Shown here piece after piece: positions 12,983 to 25,035 of a stretch of 64,000 nt of DNA (its first letter is position 1; each line of letters begins with the position of its first letter). The stretch spans positions 315-64,314 of the forward strand of contig DF237468.1 of assembly GCA_000708835.1 (NCBI GenBank), in the 5' to 3' direction. This stretch comes from Klebsormidium nitens. Lineage: Eukaryota > Plantae > Klebsormidiophyceae. Under the pieces are notes generated by a model that saw only the letters and a program-made list of their open reading frames with translations, was not told where the DNA came from and made no database searches. The translations under genes and the position numbers were made by a program.

Positions 12983-15630
12983 CTAGCTAGTCGGTTTCTG
13001 TGCCGCCCACTTCCTTGCCTCTAACGCCAAGCACGTGCACGCTTGAGAAATCACATAGCTGATGGAGGCGACGGGAAGGCTAAGGTACATATGGCGCAAC
13101 CAGATGTCGTAGTCGCTGGTCGGGGGAAGGATGAAGTTGCACGCGACCCACGGCAAAAGTAGGAACGTTACGATACAGACTGCCCCCTTTGCATCAGCTT
13201 TCAGAAACCAGTACTGCATTCTCATTGCAGCTCCGTCGTGAAAGTCTCAGTCGAGGGGCGGCTTCGTTTGATCAGATCTGGACAGATGAATGCGCGTGAG
13301 ATGAGTAGAACAGTCAGGCCAACACTGATGGGATTCCGTCGAAGTTTCGACAGTCGCGATCGGAAACGACGTTCCACATACGCTATCAGACAGATAAGGT
13401 ATAGTGCGGGACACATTGCTTTCTAAGAGTGCGGTGCTAAAACATCAAAGGAGGACTCAGTGCAGATTCTCGGCTAGGAAACCACCTGTTCTTCAGAGAC
13501 GTGTTTGATATCAGAGGAAGTCCCAATGACGAACCGCAATCCGCAAATGAGCGCTCATCCTTCGTGTGGCAATTAACATCCAAAGAGTACACGTACACAG
13601 AGTGAGTCAAAAGTAACTCGTTGAAATACACCTTGACTTTTGGGAGATCGTACGGGCGGCAAAGCCTTATCGGCAGACCTAACACGAGGAAGCGACCGGA
13701 CTTGGTTGGGAGTTCGATCCGATCGCTTTCAAATCTCATTTCAAGAGAATCCAGTAAAAGGGAAGGGAGGGACATGGCAAGTTAATGTGAAGACCCGTTT
13801 GACTCATAATGATGAAGACGCAGACAAAACAGCAAAACGAGTAGTGTCCTCTGGACTCACGGCAATGCCTTCCGGAGTTCGCAGCACTCCTGGACCGCTG
13901 ACACCAGCTCAGACACGTCGTCAGTACAGCGGCGGAACGGCATGTAAACCCCAGCCCAGGCCGGCGTGATGGCGTACAAATCGAGCAGCTCGATGTCGCC
14001 TTTGATGAACAGGTTGTTCGTGAGCGCGTAGACGTCAAGCGGCGCCCCGCTCGCGCGCGCGTCGGGGGCCCAGTGCGCCCAGGCGGTCAAGAGAGTGAGC
14101 GCGCACACGCCCAGGAGCGGCGTCTCGATCAGCAGCTTGGTGGCGTACAGCGCGCGCTTCTTCCTCGCGGCTAAGAGGTTTACGGTGACGTCACTCCTGA
14201 AGGAGCGGCTAAGAACAATTGTTAGAGATATCTCTTCAACGCAACGCGAGACACTGCTGTTTCAGTAGTTGAGTTTCAGGACTTGAGATCCAGAGTTCGG
14301 CCAAAACTTGCTCTAAGGTTCAAAGACAAGAGGAAGGGTCTAAGTATCTGGTGACAGAATGACCTTCAAATGACATGCAGGCTGCACATCGAAGTGTTAT
14401 GTATACTCAGCTCTCAAGATGCGGAGATTTGAGGTCTTCCGTTTGATTGTCAGATAGCCCCTGGCCACCGTGATAACGCGGCTTACGAGCATTGTTCTGC
14501 TCAGAAAAGCTACACACACGCGTGGACACTTTAGAATCCCCTCTTTGGTTTACCAAACTCCGTTACCTTTCGTGATTAAACACCATGCTGGTCTGAAAGA
14601 TTCTGAAGATTGAACTTAAAAAAACACTTCGCCTGCAAAAAGTAAGTGAGCAACACAACTCCAGTCACCTGTCATCATCGTCCTCCTCGTCCGAACTGAA
14701 GCACATCAGAACTCCGGGTCTGCGTCTCCTCTGCCTGTCAAGGCCCTTGGAACCAACGCAGAAGGACGAAGACAAAAGACTTCTCTTCGCCAATCTCGTC
14801 TTCTCATGATAAGGCTGGAGTCCACAAATACCCTGCTCGACAAGGGGAAAAGTGGTCTCTTTGATTGCAATTCACTGCAACAGATTCGCTTCGAGAGTCT
14901 GAACTGCTAGGATTGGTTGGTAGGATATGTAAGTATCTGATTGGCACCTTGTTAAATCGTCTAAGATCCGTGTGGAGCAAGATGAATTTATTCTAAAATG
15001 TAGGACGCACGTGATGCGAAGCTAAGGTCAATAGTACTTGCTCTTGATGCAGATTGCAGACTGCAGAATGCGGTTCACAGTAGCTTTTGGAGGACCTGGA
15101 CCGCTGCTTCTGCCATTAATCCCGCACAAGCTTAGAAGTGGCTTCTAGTGGTGGACAGACAATATATATAAGTATCTGTGCGCTTCTCATCAAATCTCTG
15201 ATGAATTCCGGTATTAGCAATTACATCCTTCTGCTGTTTGAAGTCACTATCTGCAAAAGCTTGGTTCTGAATCATCTTTCAACAAGTGAAGGCCTTGTTT
15301 GCAGATTTCCAATATCTTCGAGAGAGAAGCCACCCAAACAGCTCATTCAAAAACCAGAATCGGCCACAAATCGGCTGTCGATCTTGCTCTGCTAGCATGC
15401 TTCTTTGCTGGTTGAAGCATGCAGGCGTGGATATACAGGCTGAAAGCACACAGAATGCCTATCCAAATTGTCAAATGTGCCACCAGATTTGTTCAGAGGT
15501 TCCATCGCGAAGAAATGCATGGCGAGAAAATACTCACCAGGGAATTGAATTCCTCATTCAAAGACCTCATCCGGGGTCCCAAGCTGATTACAGAGCAAGA
15601 AGGTGAGAAGACAGTGGAGACCCTTGCCAT
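12983..15630 (-). pseudogene. Uncharacterised putative plastid membrane protein, paralog 1 (in-frame TGA in last exon)
   Basis: Exons 15630-15538, 14832-14669, 14196-13861, 13277-12983 with GT-AG ends and phases 0/2/2. Contains RALYATKLLIE, PPTSDYD and CTCLALEARKW. TGA at 13247-13249 where paralogs encode Trp. Confidence 0.75.
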
Positions 15631-16004
15631 GCTTTTGCAGGACCGAAACCAAGCTTCGAGCTGACCGCTCTCCGTCAAAACATCATGTCTGATTCTTGCC
15701 AAAGCACCGCCCTGGCTTACGAAAAAGATGATTGCAAAAAGGGCTCTGAGTTGCCTCAGTTTTTGATCAGCATATTCTCCTGACCCCACCACCTTAGAGC
15801 AGAACTGTCACAATATGACTCCATGCGGTCAGGCAGTCTACCCCTTTTACATCAAGTCTGTTTAAGCATCTGCTTTGTACACAGGAGCTGAGACTCTGCA
15901 TGAGCAGGAGTCTACTGTGCGTGTCCTCTTAGCGCATCTGCACAAGTTCCTTCGCGCAAGGCAACCAGGTTCTCTTCTTCGGCTCATCATCTGTAGATTT
16001 ATGT

Positions 16005-16077
16005 AAACAGGGCCTGTCTTGGGCGCTTGGCGGAGTGTCGAGCGCTGCGGCCGCGCTGGTCAGAGCGCGCGCGACGA
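16005..16077 (+). pseudogene. Decayed fragment of KIF6 exon 5
   Basis: 16029-16077 matches 8843-8891 at 44/49 nt by manual alignment; ACAGGGCCT-TCT-GG near 16007 matches ~8771. Confidence 0.75.
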
Positions 16078-16481
16078 TCAGATTTCCCCCTCCCTCTTAT
16101 GTAGACTTCGGTCGAATTGGCGACCAAATGGGAAAGAGGTCCTTGTGTTGATACATAAGGAGCTTTGCCGTGCGCAACTGCAAAGGCGCTCAAAAGTCAC
16201 ACAAAATACAAGTCTCCTTTAATGATGGATCTCAATCACTACAGATAATGTAGGGAATTGTATGGCGGTATGGTCAGTGACGCTCTCGAAGTCGACCTGT
16301 GAAAGTTGCGCTTCCAAGGGGGGCCGTCAGAAGAAGAGGCAGCTGAATCTCTGAACCGAGGATCAAGTAACTCACGAAGCAATCTTTTCCATGTTTGATG
16401 ATCAAACAGATCTGCGAGAAACATTGACAGGGTAGTTCAGTCAAAAGGCCTCTTGGAGCTTGTTCCAAGCGCGGCAAAAGC

Positions 16482-19126
16482 ATGGCCAGCGTCTCTGGAT
16501 TCATTTCTACTTCTTGCTCTGTGATCAGCTTGGGGCTTCGGACAAGGTCTCGAAGGAAGAATATTGAGTTCCTGGTGAGTCTTCCTTCTTGCCATGCAAT
16601 CTTTCCAACCAAGTCTTTCAAAGATCTCGGTGGTACTCTTTGTGCTGAGAGAATTGTTGATCAAAGAGAGCCTGTGTGATCATTCTTCACAGCATTTGGA
16701 TCAGCATGCTTCGAGAGCTTAGAACACGATGAGCGAAATCAGATTTTGTAGCAATCTGAGTGGGAACCTGATTCCAATTGTCATCGGGGTTAGTCAAATA
16801 ATCTGCTCGAAGGCCGAGGTCTGGCTTTCCTCAAACGATGAGTAAAACATCGTAGAACCCTATGGTATGCAAGAATAGCTTTCAAATGCATCTTTGGAGG
16901 AGGATTTTGCAGAAACTATGTTTAAACATGAGAAGAGCCATGAGTTTTGTTCTGACAACTGAGAGCAGAAAATTAATGAGATGCACTCGCTTGTCCAGTC
17001 GCACTGGCAGTAAATCTGGCCATTCTGTTGGAGGTCATGGCAAATGAAGAAGCGATGTAGAGCCGTTGGAGATCGTCACAGACTTCATTCGCTACCAAAA
17101 GCAAGCTTGTCAAAAAGTCCTCAGCTTAGCAGCACATATGGTTTTTGTTCTACGACGAACCTCATGAAAACTGAGAGGGTTATCGAGTTATGAACATATC
17201 CCCTGTTCCACCTTATGATGCTTACTAGCATTTCAGAGACTTTCGAGACATCTGTGGGTTCACTGGTACAATCATCAGACTTAACACGCGTTCTTGAGCA
17301 GGGTATCCATGGTCCCCAGCCTTATGGGTCAGCATCAGGGTTGGCGAAGAGGAACCGTTTGTCTTCATCCTTCTGCGTCGATTCAAAAGGTATTGTCAAA
17401 CAGCGGAGACATCGATCCGGACTGGTGCTGTGCTCCCGCAGGTGAGTACGACCTTTTCGTGTCACTGCATATCATGCTTGACGAAAGATCTCTGTCTTAA
17501 TCATTCTTCCATAGTCTCAGATTGGCCACATTTGGTTGATCACTGTTGGGATACTGTATCCTAGGAGGAAGTTTGGTTTGTTTTCGCCCGTGCGTTTGAG
17601 CAGCACGGTGCTCCTAAGACTCATACAGGGGGCCAGGGGCAGCATAAAACTCGAGAGAGTCCACCACTCTGCTGCCTCTAGACAGCACCTACGAAGCTTG
17701 GAGTCGCACAGGTTCTTTGAATATCTTCAACAACTCTTCAAGAGTGGATGTCCTTTCAACACTTGGTCATACGATGCGGCTTGCTATGATTCAATCGCTT
17801 TTCAAGCACTCTTCTCTCCGCGCGCGCAGTTGATCCCTCTGATCCCGTAACCTGCCGCTCCTTTCCCAGAGGTTACGAAGTCGCCATCAAGCTGTTAGCC
17901 GCCAAGAAGAAGCGCGCGCTGTACGCCACCAAGCTGCTGATTGAGACGCCGCTCATGGGCCTGTGCGCGCTCACTCTCGTGACCGTCTGGGCGCACTGGG
18001 GCCCCGCCGCGCGCGCGACCGGAGCGCCAATCGACGTTTACGCGCTCACGACCGACTTGCTCATCAGGGGCGACATAGAGCAGCACGAATTGTACGCCAT
18101 CATACCCGCTTGGACTGGGGTTCTCGTGCTGTTTAGCCGCTGCATTGAAGATCTGTGTGAGCTGGGAATAGCGGCCAGGAAGTGCTGCAAGCTCCGCAAG
18201 AAGTTGCCGTGAGTCCCACAACCTCTTTTACGCATGCAGTTTGCCTCGAGTACCTCTCGTGAGCCTCTTAAGGTGCGAACTAAGATTTGATTCGTGTTGC
18301 GTCGGCTGTTTTACAATTTATCTGTAAATTTCTTCGAAGATGAAACAATGCGCTGTCGGGTCCAACGTCCGTTCACTTCCCTGTATGCCTTGTGAACCAA
18401 CGGAGGTACATCTGAAACCCTAAATAATTTGTCCATTTTGACTTCAATCATTTCTCTGGTCGAAAGCGACGTATTAATTTTCTGCCTTTTCCACAAACAA
18501 AACCCATGTCTTCTTCTGCAAGATGACGACGTCTGCTTCAATCTTTAATGCATATAGCCATCTAATCAAGGATATCCTTTGAAATCATCAGGGCACTCAT
18601 TTGAAGCGTTTGCGGCTCTCCGAAGGAAAAGGAGGTTTGCAGCAATTTGTTTGGTAACCAAAATAGCACTTGTGAACAGCAAGGGTCTTGGTTGATCTCT
18701 CCTTCTGTAGTAAAAGCGGTCCTTCCGTTAAAGTGTTTAAAAAGTTCCAAGAAGACCCGTCAAATCATCTCCATTTGCAACTTCAGAAAGAAAGACTTTG
18801 CTCAACTCGGATGCCTTCATCGCCCCAGGTCTGAAATCACGGAGCCGACCCTCGACTGGGATTCGGACGATGAGATGAACCTCGAACTGGAACGAGGGGT
18901 TCTGCAACCTTTCGCAACGGACGCAGTCAAGGTCGAAGCCTTCTTACTTTCGACGTGGGCTGCGTGGAACTTCATCTTTCCTCCAACCAGCGACTACGAC
19001 ATCTGCTGTAGCAATGTGTACCTGTGTAGCCTTCCCGTCGCTTTGATCAGCTACGTGGTCCAGGAAGCTTGCACAAGTTTAGCGTTGGTGGAGACGAAGA
19101 GGGCAGCACAGGATCAGGCAACCTAA
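16482..19126 (+). CDS. Uncharacterised putative plastid membrane protein, paralog 2 (289 aa model)
   Basis: Exons 16482-16574, 17302-17441, 17870-18208, 18829-19126, phases 0/2/2, open throughout. Ser/Arg-rich N-terminus, RALYATKLLIE, LDWDSDDE, PPTSDYD. Confidence 0.8.
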
Positions 19127-19589
19127 AGCTCGCAATGTCTTGCATCTTGCGGGCAGTCATATAGCTCGAAGAGTTTTAAGTTGAGGTTAGAGGCGGACAC
19201 AGCGAGCAGAACGGACTTGCACTTGAGATCTTTGACTTCATTTAGCGTCACCCCTTTATTGCAAAGGACCTGGATCTGTGCGTTAGCATTTGCAGACAGC
19301 GAGAAGGAGCAGACTGCTGATTTACATGAGGACTTAAGCATCTGGATTGCGAATAAACTTAAAACAGAGCGGCATGCTTTCTGTGATGTAACAATTATTG
19401 TAGTCCGATGCACCCTGAATCAACATGGCGTGATTGGCGGTATGGTTGACTGCAAGCCCCTTCCGCCCCGTTACGTTGGTATGCATAATAAGTTGGGGAT
19501 GCAAAAGCCTTAATGTCCACTTCTTTGTAGCGCACCTGCATAAATTCCTTTGCGCGAAGCTCATTTGTAAGAGACGTAATATAAGAGGA

Positions 19590-19830
19590 CCAAGCAGAAC
19601 CTCTCGCCAATGCGGTCAAAAGTCCGACCGGAACGGAATGGAACGGAACGGAACGGAGCGAAGAGGGGAGTGGAAAAGGCGCGGCGCGGCAGGTATCGAA
19701 CATTGCGGCCGCGCGCGCGCGACAAGCCCAATCGTAAAAGGGGCCACTCCCGAGGAGGCCGCGCGCGCGTCCGCTCAGGTCCTGAGCCTGAGCGGGGCGC
19801 AATGAATCCTTTGAGAACTGAGTGAGAGTG
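19590..19830 (+). pseudogene. Second, longer decayed fragment of KIF6 exon 5 and its donor junction
   Basis: Collinear blocks shared with 8780-9030: AGTCCGACCGGAAC, GGAAAAGGCG-GGCGCGGC, GCGGCCGCGC, AAAGGGGC-A-TCCCGA, GCTCAGG--TGAGCCTG, TTTGAGA--TGAGT. Includes an expanded (GGAAC)n tract at 19630-19656. Confidence 0.75.
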
Positions 19831-21084
19831 TTTGAGTCTCCAGCTTGAAGCGGAGCTGCTTGCTCAATCGACCTCCCGCACAAGTTTCTTCCACAGTGCA
19901 GAGCTGAGAGGCACACATGCAGGCGAACACTTTGCGCTCGAGCTTTTCTGCTGCTGATCCCTACCGTCAGATGCATATGCTCTTCCCTGCCAGGATTTGA
20001 GAGACTTTCAGCGGTGGCAAACGTTTTCGAGACTGCTACAGTGCTCAAGTAGTTAGAAAAGGAGAAGGCGTACGCGTCCGCGTCCTATTGGATGGAGCGT
20101 CGCGGAAGTTTTACATCTTATGGAACATCATCAATCGCAGTCGGTTTGGCCGAAGCCAATAACCATGCAAACAAACAAGGTTATCTTCTTTAACCGTACG
20201 CAAACACAACGTGGTTCAAGGCGCGCTTACCATGTTCACGGTAGCGCCTCTGAACACTCTCAGAAGGAGTTAACCGCTCTCAGCTTAGTAGTATTTAGCC
20301 GTCATCCATGCATGCTTACCTCGCATACGGTGAATAGAAGTAGCGAAAGCAGGACAAACTTACAGCAGCCAGCAGGTCAGGACAAAGTGTTTGCCTAACC
20401 GATTAGCGTGAGCTAGATTCGATTTGATCGATGATCCCGCTAGGTGGTGCACCTGCGGCTATGAAATCAGATTTCAACCAGGTCTCGACGTGTCCGGGCC
20501 ATCTGTAGTATGGGAAGAGTCGTCTTTTCCAGCTGCACAAGCAATACTGCTTCAAAGTCAAACATCATCCAAGCATACGTTGCTCTGTTCTTGAGTCGCT
20601 GGTAGATAGAAGGCCAGATGCCAATGATGTAGGGGATACATGCAAGTGAGGAGGCAACGTCGCTGGGAATTCCATCATTTCTGTTGGACCCGCCTGAGGA
20701 AATTGACTAGAATACATGCGTCCATTACACGCTAAGCTACTTTGGGTAGCCGTGCTTTCAATCAATCATCCTTGCAAGGATGAGGTGGTAGATTTGGCAG
20801 AGACTCTCTCTCTCGACCATCATGATAGATATGCATCAGCGGGCGGCGTTGCAGCAAGGACGATGCGGCAATCAAAGAGTCTCTTGATTCGCGTCCTATG
20901 CAATGCGAAGATTTCCAACGTGGATCGATCCGCTATCATTTCTGATCGAGAAGCAGTAAGGAAACATAGAGACAGTACTTCATATTTGGAGCAGGCCTAA
21001 TAACCCCTGGTTTAGCCTCTACTCAAAACCAAACAAAAAGCAGCTTGATCCAAAATCCTGCCAAGGACGGTGACTTGAAGGCTC

Positions 21085-23463
21085 TTAACTGCCCCACTTC
21101 CGAACCGCCCACTTTCTTCCCTCCAGAGCTAGGCACGTGCACATGCCGAACATAAATTCTCCAACAAAGTAGACGGACAAGCTGAGGAAAAGGGCGTGGC
21201 CCCACAGTTTGTCATCGGAAGGGTTGGGAGAGACGCGATTCGACACTGCCAGCCCCGTGAACAGTATGAACCCAAAGGCAAGTCCCCACAGAAAGTCCTG
21301 CTTCACAAGCTCGTGTTGTTCCGCGAGAGATGCCTCGTCCTCCGAGTCCCACCCGAGGTGCGGCCCCGCCTCATCGGATCTGTATGAGAAAAGCGCCGAA
21401 AGAATGATGCGGAGATCTGCTACCAGAAAGTCTGAAATATTAAGCACACGGAAATCCTTCTCGTTCAAATTGTGAGCGATAAATTCTGCTTAATTTTGTA
21501 AGAAGCCAAGAAAGCGGTCCCCTACACAATGAAGAGCTAAAATTTCAGACGCAGCTGCAAAGAGAAGAGGCCTGCACCAAGCAAACCCGACCAGGTTTGA
21601 GGAATACGGCATACAGCAATGCGTCTGAGGTATTCTTCTGTAAAAGTGGCGAAATCGAAGGGGGACATGCAGAACCCTTGGTTCCAATCCAGCACTTCAG
21701 AAATTCAATCTAGCATCCATGGTCTTCTATGCGATCATCTAGCAGTTTTGCTCATGCTTATGACTTTTGTAAATTTCTGATACCACGGTACATCATCTCG
21801 CAAAGAGCGTTTCTGTAGTGGCAGGCCTCCATCCAGTGCCATGACCTGAAAGCATTCCAGATACATGGCGTTATCCTCTAAAAAAAGCCAGGAATGCGGG
21901 CAATCTCACAGACAAGACCACAACTGCTTCGGTACTTACGGAAGGGCCCTGTACAGCTTGAAGCAGTCTCTGGCCGCCCTCTCGAGCTTGACCATGTCTC
22001 CCCAGCAGAGCTTGAAGAGTTCGCCTCCCGCAAACCAAGCGAACAAGAGCGCGTAAAGGACGTCCTCGGGCTCCGCGCTCGCGCGCACGCAGTCGCCCCA
22101 GTGCGCCCACGCGTTGAGCGCGCACAGCCCCACGAGCGGCAACTCGATCAGCAACTTGGTAGCGTAGAGCGCGCGCGTCTTCTTTGCCGCCAGCAGCTCC
22201 AGGGCGAGGGGACTGCGGGGAAAGAGAGGAAGATTGAGTGCGCAGTCTTAGCTTCGGCTCCGTGAGACTTACGACGTGTCTTTGGAGCGAAGTTGAGAGT
22301 GCTTGATACATTTGCTTCGAATGAACAGATCCCACAGAAAGCAGCCACATTTTGAAAGCAAAGCAAGCCAAGCGACTATGAAGAACACGCTATAAAAGAA
22401 GATCGGTGCATAATGTTTCGATCGAATAGGATTTTCCGGTCCAAGAAATCCTAGGTTCTGCCTAACTGCCACGCAAGCTTTTCAACCCTTAGGCTCCTTG
22501 CAACCCTTGTCTCGAGCATCGTGAATCTGTTTCAAATGATACGCATGTGAAGCTTTGACAAGAGAACAAATGTCTTCTTTACCTGTATTCTTTGTCTTCC
22601 TTCGTTTGCAACGAAGAGCACTTCACCACTCCAGGTCCCCATCTGCTCTGCCTGTTCAGGACCTTCGAACCATAATAGAGACCCCTCCTGACTGGTAATA
22701 GCCTTGGGTCATGGTATTTGAAGATATGGATACCCTGCAGCCAAGAAGTTGCCCTGGTAAGTTGCTTTCAAAAGAAATATTTTGGCCGAGTAGGGTCTAT
22801 ATCGGGGCTGAGATAATACCCTAAGGACACAACAAACCTGAACGTGGAGGAAGCTCTCTTGTGAAGTGAAGGCATCCTAGAGACTACGTGTGGAAGTCAT
22901 GCTTGGGAAAATCTTGTTAAGGATCTTTTTGAATGCAGAGGGCCTGCCAAAAAGAAGCAGACTTGAAACTTTTAGTGACTTGGATGGCGCAGAACGAACA
23001 TAGATATCTCCATTTCAAGCCTGCTGTAGTCTCGAATCCCTCCATAGTTTTGGTATGCTTTCAAAACCATATCATTGTAGTTTAAACAGCTCTAGCAAGA
23101 GATGCAACATCGGAATCAGTGGTACCTTGAATTGCTTTTAGAGTCCTCCAAAAGTAATCAGGACTCCTGTAGCAGGAGCGTGAGAATGTGTTCCATAAAA
23201 GGAAAAACAGTCTTGAAGATGTTGAATATCAGCCTCGAGTAAATGGTTCCTTTCTGCATTAATCACAAACTGCCTAGAAGCATGCGCCAGAAACCAATTT
23301 AAGCAACCACGCTATCCTTCGCAAAAGCATGCACACTTGGACCAAAGAATAAGGACGAAATACTCACTGCAGGTCTCCTCTGAGTCCCTGATCTGCAAAT
23401 CATCTGGAGTCTCAAGCTGCCAAGAGAGGCAAAACTTGTACAGCTAGTAGCAACGTTGGCCAT
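21085..23463 (-). CDS. Uncharacterised putative plastid membrane protein, paralog 3
   Basis: Exons 23463-23368, 22734-22583, 22212-21940, 21379-21085, phases 0/2/2, open. RALYATKLLIE, GWDSEDE, CTCLALEGRKW. Confidence 0.8.
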
Positions 23464-25035
23464 GCTTCCTTCCTGGCAGAATACGCGTCAACCTGCGCAA
23501 ATGTGACTTCGCTCAAAACCCGATCTTCTGAGCGGCGCATTCCCCTGATTGCTTACTTGCAGGGCAGGGATCTATTCGTCTGCAGCAACGGGCGGCTTAT
23601 CTTAGCAGAGGCGGGCACTCAACCCAGACCAAAGTCTCCGTCTGGTCAACCTGCGCCTCTGTGAGCTATCCTTGGATTGGGCTCTTTTTCAGGAGGCGCG
23701 AAAGCAGTTCAGATGGGGCCGCGGCGCGCACTAAAGATTCAAACCCTTGGATATCGATGCAATCCTGTGCAAGCCCCTGGATCTGCTTCGTCTCCTCGTC
23801 TCTTCCTGTCGCCGGCCCGAATCTTGCACGTCCTGAAAGTACTCTACAATAGTTTTTGACCATATCCTGAATTTGGGCCAAAGAGTGAAGTCGGTCAAGA
23901 CTCTGCTGACGTGGCACCCGCAAGCTGTGTACGGAAGGCGCCTCAAGTCTAGCATATAGTAGCGGTTTCCGACGGAAGATCTCTTAATACCAAGCCAAGG
24001 TTTGCGTCAACCCCTGCCTTGGCTGACGACAAGCTAAGGAAGCACAGCATCTTTTGTACCCATGCTGGCGTACCAACTTCTTTGAGCAGTCACCAAAGTG
24101 AAAGCTTGGTTTCTGAGGAGCTCTTTGAACTACTCTTATCTTGACGCTTTTCAGAGTCCTCGTTGTGGAGAAAATCGCTGAAATCTGAGAGGTTAAACCC
24201 CTTTTAAGAACGGTGAGAACGTTTCACTAGCCATACGGGTGCCTGCGAGCCTTCCAAAACGCCGTTCCAGGTGGGAAATGATGCTGCAGTCTGGGCCAGC
24301 AGATGATAGAGATCACTATCATAGCACCATCATGAAGATGCCAAACCATCACTGACCACGCTGGCACCTGGATACTGGTGGTGTGCGCAAATTTGGACGG
24401 GCTATAAGCCGCAACAGTAGCAAGCTTCATTCTTCGTCTGTGCTCGTTAGCGCATATGTATTTTTCGTTTAGGAAGGGCCCATGTTGCAAAAGGTCGAGG
24501 AAGAGGATCCGCATGCTCTTAGAGCGCTGTTTTCATTAGAGAATTATCAGAGTTTCATCAGAATCCATACGCTGTGCGCAGCGCATGAATTTTGCGTTCA
24601 ACACCCCGAGTTCGAAGGCGACAGCCTGAACGATTCTAACCAAGATAAGAAGGAAGCTGTGGTGGGACACTCGACCACCAGCCACCAGGGCTTTATATCG
24701 CAAGTCCGCAAACCACTTTCGAATCTGGACGCACTTTCTCAACGCACTCTCCTCTTGTAAGGAGGGGTCGCGCCCGCAAGCTTAATGTGCAATCAAACAG
24801 AGCCGTACTCAGTACGTTTCAAGGCATGATAAACAAAGACCTACAACTCTTCCTGCGTATTGCGCGTGCTCGTACTCAGAATGACAATCAGCCAGGTTCT
24901 TAACAGAAGCTTCTTCCTTAGGGCGCCGAAGTCTGCTAATACAAACGCGCGGTTGGAGGGCAATCATCAATCGGGGTCTCGCCTTTACTGCCTTTCCTCT
25001 ACCTCCGCACGTTTAGGGCCAAGACCGAATCCTCG

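Noticed and set aside
14660-14830. BTB/BACK-like reading (EEKSFVFVLLRWF) on the minus strand
   Set aside because: That frame has stops; another frame is open in all four paralogs and fits the splice phases.
15419-16621. Similar ORFs containing PKLITEQE (15419-15664 +, 16274-16621 -) implying interleaved overlapping genes
   Set aside because: They are antisense shadows (third positions coincide) of exon 1 of paralogs 1 and 2; the opposite strand has ATG, donor and phase support.
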